From IMG/VR virus record IMGVR_UViG_3300044513_000589: DNA of 20,000 nt; one strand, 5' to 3'. Within the stretch, counting starts at the first letter, position 1; the number at the start of each line of letters is the position of its first letter. Shown here in pieces: positions 17,767 through 20,000 of this stretch. Position numbers and translations under genes: made by a program. A model generated the notes under the pieces. The model saw only the letters and a program-made list of their open reading frames with translations, had not been told where the DNA came from and searched no databases. The stretch comes from an uncultured virus (IMG/VR IMGVR_UViG_3300044513_000589). Its lineage: Duplodnaviria > Heunggongvirae > Uroviricota > Caudoviricetes.

Positions 17767-18855
17767 ATGAAATCTTTCAGCGACTTTAAGAAGACCAGAG
17801 AAGTTGCGGAGCAAAGTGTTCTCCGTGATAAATACTATCGTGAAGAAATTTATAAAGTAGGTGAGTGGGTACTCACCGAGTCAGGCAACGTCGGTAAGAT
17901 CGTTCGCCGTGGTCCTAACTATGTTATCTGTGTCACCGCTGAAGATACTTCTTTCCGCACCTGGGTGAGGGACATCAAAGAAGTATTTGAAATTGGAACA
18001 GACGCATACCGCGAATATGTAATGTCACTTACTCCTGGTCAGAAAGTTCAAAAGCCTGCTGGGAGTGTCAAAGTCAAACAAGTAATCCCCACAGACCCCA
18101 AAAAAGATAAGATGGACAATCACGAGAGTCTGGTACACGCAGTCGCTGCTCACCTCAGTTCCAAATCGGAATCTTGGAGATATGATAAGTCTCCTATCGC
18201 TGGTAACAAGAACGTCAAAGGTCTTGGTGCCGCAGGTGTAGGTGGTGGTGACGCCCCTGGCATGAAACTTGCTGAACCCAAAGGTACAGAAGGTAAGCCA
18301 GCAGTCAAGAAACCTCAGCACGCTTGCGCTACTAAGGTTGAGCACTCGGAGTGGGGCGAGGGTAACTGTATTAAAGAGATGCACACTCTCGATGAAGCGG
18401 GCAACATCTCTCACTATGATGTAATGTTCGAGCATGGTCTTGAGCAGAACGTACCTGTTCAGGTCCTGAACGTTCTGGTCAGCGAGATGCATGAGCACGC
18501 TATCAACATCGAAAAGAACCAGGAGGTTCTGGACGAGAAGAAAAAGAAACTTGATCCTGTCGGTAAAGAAGACGGCGACGTTGACAACGACGGTGACAAA
18601 GATTCTTCTGATTCCTATCTTATGAATCGTCGTCGTGCTGTTGCTAAGGCAATGGGCAAGAAGACTAAGAAGGAAGAAGTAGAACTTCAAGACGAAGGTA
18701 TGAAGCAGGCACGCGATAATGTTGGTGCCTCTACTTGCTGGGACGGTTATGAAGCCAAGGGTACTAAAAAGAAAGGCGGTAAGGAAGTTCCTAACTGCGT
18801 GAAGAAAGAGAGCACCTTCTCCGACTGGAGAAAGGAGATCTCTGAAAAAAAGTAG
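17767..18855 (+). CDS. Lys/Glu-rich modular late protein, probable internal head protein (0-frame product)
   Basis: Late promoter upstream; N-terminus MKSFSDF; short modules (DGDVDNDGD, CWDGY...VPNCV). Ends GAA AAA AAG TAG. Confidence 0.8.
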   Translation: MKSFSDFKKTREVAEQSVLRDKYYREEIYKVGEWVLTESGNVGKIVRRGPNYVICVTAEDTSFRTWVRDIKEVFEIGTDAYREYVMSLTPGQKVQKPAGSVKVKQVIPTDPKKDKMDNHESLVHAVAAHLSSKSESWRYDKSPIAGNKNVKGLGAAGVGGGDAPGMKLAEPKGTEGKPAVKKPQHACATKVEHSEWGEGNCIKEMHTLDEAGNISHYDVMFEHGLEQNVPVQVLNVLVSEMHEHAINIEKNQEVLDEKKKKLDPVGKEDGDVDNDGDKDSSDSYLMNRRRAVAKAMGKKTKKEEVELQDEGMKQARDNVGASTCWDGYEAKGTKKKGGKEVPNCVKKESTFSDWRKEISEKK

Positions 18856-18911
18856 CCTCGGCGGTAGTTGATATCATGCCCGAGATCGATGATCCATCGG
18901 GCAACCCCGAG
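18833..18911 (+). other. Candidate programmed -1 ribosomal frameshift signal
   Basis: In-frame A_AAA_AAG (18846-18852), internal AGGAG (18833-18837) and downstream stem-loops (18857-18911). The -1 frame runs open into ORF 18876. Confidence 0.75.
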
Positions 18912-19469
18912 CAAACTTCCGCCAAGAAGATGCCCAAAGTCCCTCAACAGACTGAGGCAAAATGTAATAAGTCTGGTGAAGGAAAAGAGTGTCCTCTTCA
19001 CGGTAAGCACGCTTGCCCTGAACTAAAGGAGGAGACTATTGATGAGAAGAGAGGATTGTACGCCAATATCCATGCTAAAAGAAAGCGTGGAGAGTCTCCT
19101 GCGAAACCAGGCGATGATGATTATCCAGCAAAGGATGCGTTTAGAAAATCCGCCAGAACAGCCAAGAAAGAATCCTACAGATTAGCCGAGGTTGCTCCTT
19201 CTGGTGCTAAGTATGAGCGCATGGTGAAGCATATTAAAAAGTCCTACGCTAAGGACGGTAAGCTCACCAAGGATGAGAAGTCTATTGCTTATGCTACCGC
19301 TTGGAAGCATAAGAATAAGATGAAGAAAGAACACTGCGACATGGAGTTTGATGTCGTAGCACATCAGTGTGGTCACTGTAATGCTACTGGGTATCATCCA
19401 ACTGGCGAGAAGTGTGATCAGTGTGATGGTAAAGGCACACTTCAGACGGCTAACGATGGAGTTGATTGA
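18876..19469 (+). CDS. Lys/Glu-rich modular protein with C-terminal CxxCxxxG zinc-finger pair; probably the -1 frame extension of the previous ORF
   Basis: The frame is open from 18846. Modules CPLHGKHACP, GLYANIHAKRKRG, YERMVKHIKKSY...IAYATAWK and CGHCNATG...CDQCDGKG. Confidence 0.8.
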   Translation: MPEIDDPSGNPEQTSAKKMPKVPQQTEAKCNKSGEGKECPLHGKHACPELKEETIDEKRGLYANIHAKRKRGESPAKPGDDDYPAKDAFRKSARTAKKESYRLAEVAPSGAKYERMVKHIKKSYAKDGKLTKDEKSIAYATAWKHKNKMKKEHCDMEFDVVAHQCGHCNATGYHPTGEKCDQCDGKGTLQTANDGVD

Positions 19470-20000
19470 TGGCACAGTGGAATAAATCTACTCAGGCATA
19501 TAGAGCACAGGACACTACCAACTTTGAGGTAGTGATGATTGCCGATGAAGATGGCAACCCCATCAACTCGTTTGGTGCTGCTTCCAACATCCCCATTGCT
19601 GGCGGACAGATTGAAGGATACAATTACGTTCATAAGTTTGGTGCTAACACAGACCTAGGAAACGGATCTTACGAAGCTATTTGGGATGGCAACGCTGCTT
19701 ATCCTTGGACAACTTTAGACAGTCCTGCCACTGCTCTCACTACAAATATTGCTGCTCTAAACAATGGAGCAGAAGTTACCATCCAAGGTCTCAACGAAAA
19801 CTGGGAACTAACTACAGAAGTTCTTACACTTGACGGCACAGCACAAACGACACAGAATTCTTACAAGCGTATCTTCAGGGCATTCTGTTCTGGCTCACAA
19901 GCATTGGGTGCTGACTTCACATTGTCAAAAGCTGCTGTTGTAGTTCTAAAAATTCAAGTTGCTCACCAGCAAACTTTGATGTCTGTTTATACTGTTCCTG
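19469..20000 (+). CDS. Hypothetical protein, probable virion structural protein (truncated by window end; absent from the ORF track)
   Basis: TGATG coupling. Reads MAQWNKSTQAYRAQDTTNFEVVMIADEDGNP...VHKFGAN...IWDG...IQGLNENW...YKRIFR...QTLMSVYTVP, open to the window end. Confidence 0.8.
   Translation, partial: MAQWNKSTQAYRAQDTTNFEVVMIADEDGNPINSFGAASNIPIAGGQIEGYNYVHKFGANTDLGNGSYEAIWDGNAAYPWTTLDSPATALTTNIAALNNGAEVTIQGLNENWELTTEVLTLDGTAQTTQNSYKRIFRAFCSGSQALGADFTLSKAAVVVLKIQVAHQQTLMSVYTVP

Noticed and set aside
17762..17770. Minimal uORF ATG-AGA-TGA overlapping the start of ORF 17767
   Set aside because: Too short to distinguish from chance without ribosome profiling.
18025..18690. 221-aa hydrophobic minus-strand ORF
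   Set aside because: The hydrophobicity mirrors Lys/Glu codons on the plus strand. There is no independent support.

Overview
The window is a densely packed, all plus-strand segment of a T4-like cyanophage (cyanomyovirus) genome covering the DNA replication module. Gene order: the end of a probable cobS, pebS, a DUF3310-like gene, gp45, gp44, dam, gp62, regA, hsp20, three paralogous small genes, gp43, uvsX, gp41 and mazG. Five 2OG-Fe(II) oxygenase-like genes are wedged between the core genes. A probable late region follows: a PD-(D/E)XK-like protein, a DUF6267/ligase-like protein, a cytidylyltransferase-like protein, two Lys/Glu-rich modular ORFs and a truncated probable virion protein. The most notable signals are (1) an A_AAA_AAG -1 frameshift cassette at 18846-18852 that would fuse the two modular ORFs into a 567-aa product, (2) a ROSE-like thermometer hairpin covering the hsp20 Shine-Dalgarno, (3) candidate short non-coding transcription units on both sides of hsp20, and (4) a nuclease/ligase-like/nucleotidyltransferase gene trio. 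All calls come from motif recognition by eye; no database searches were run.
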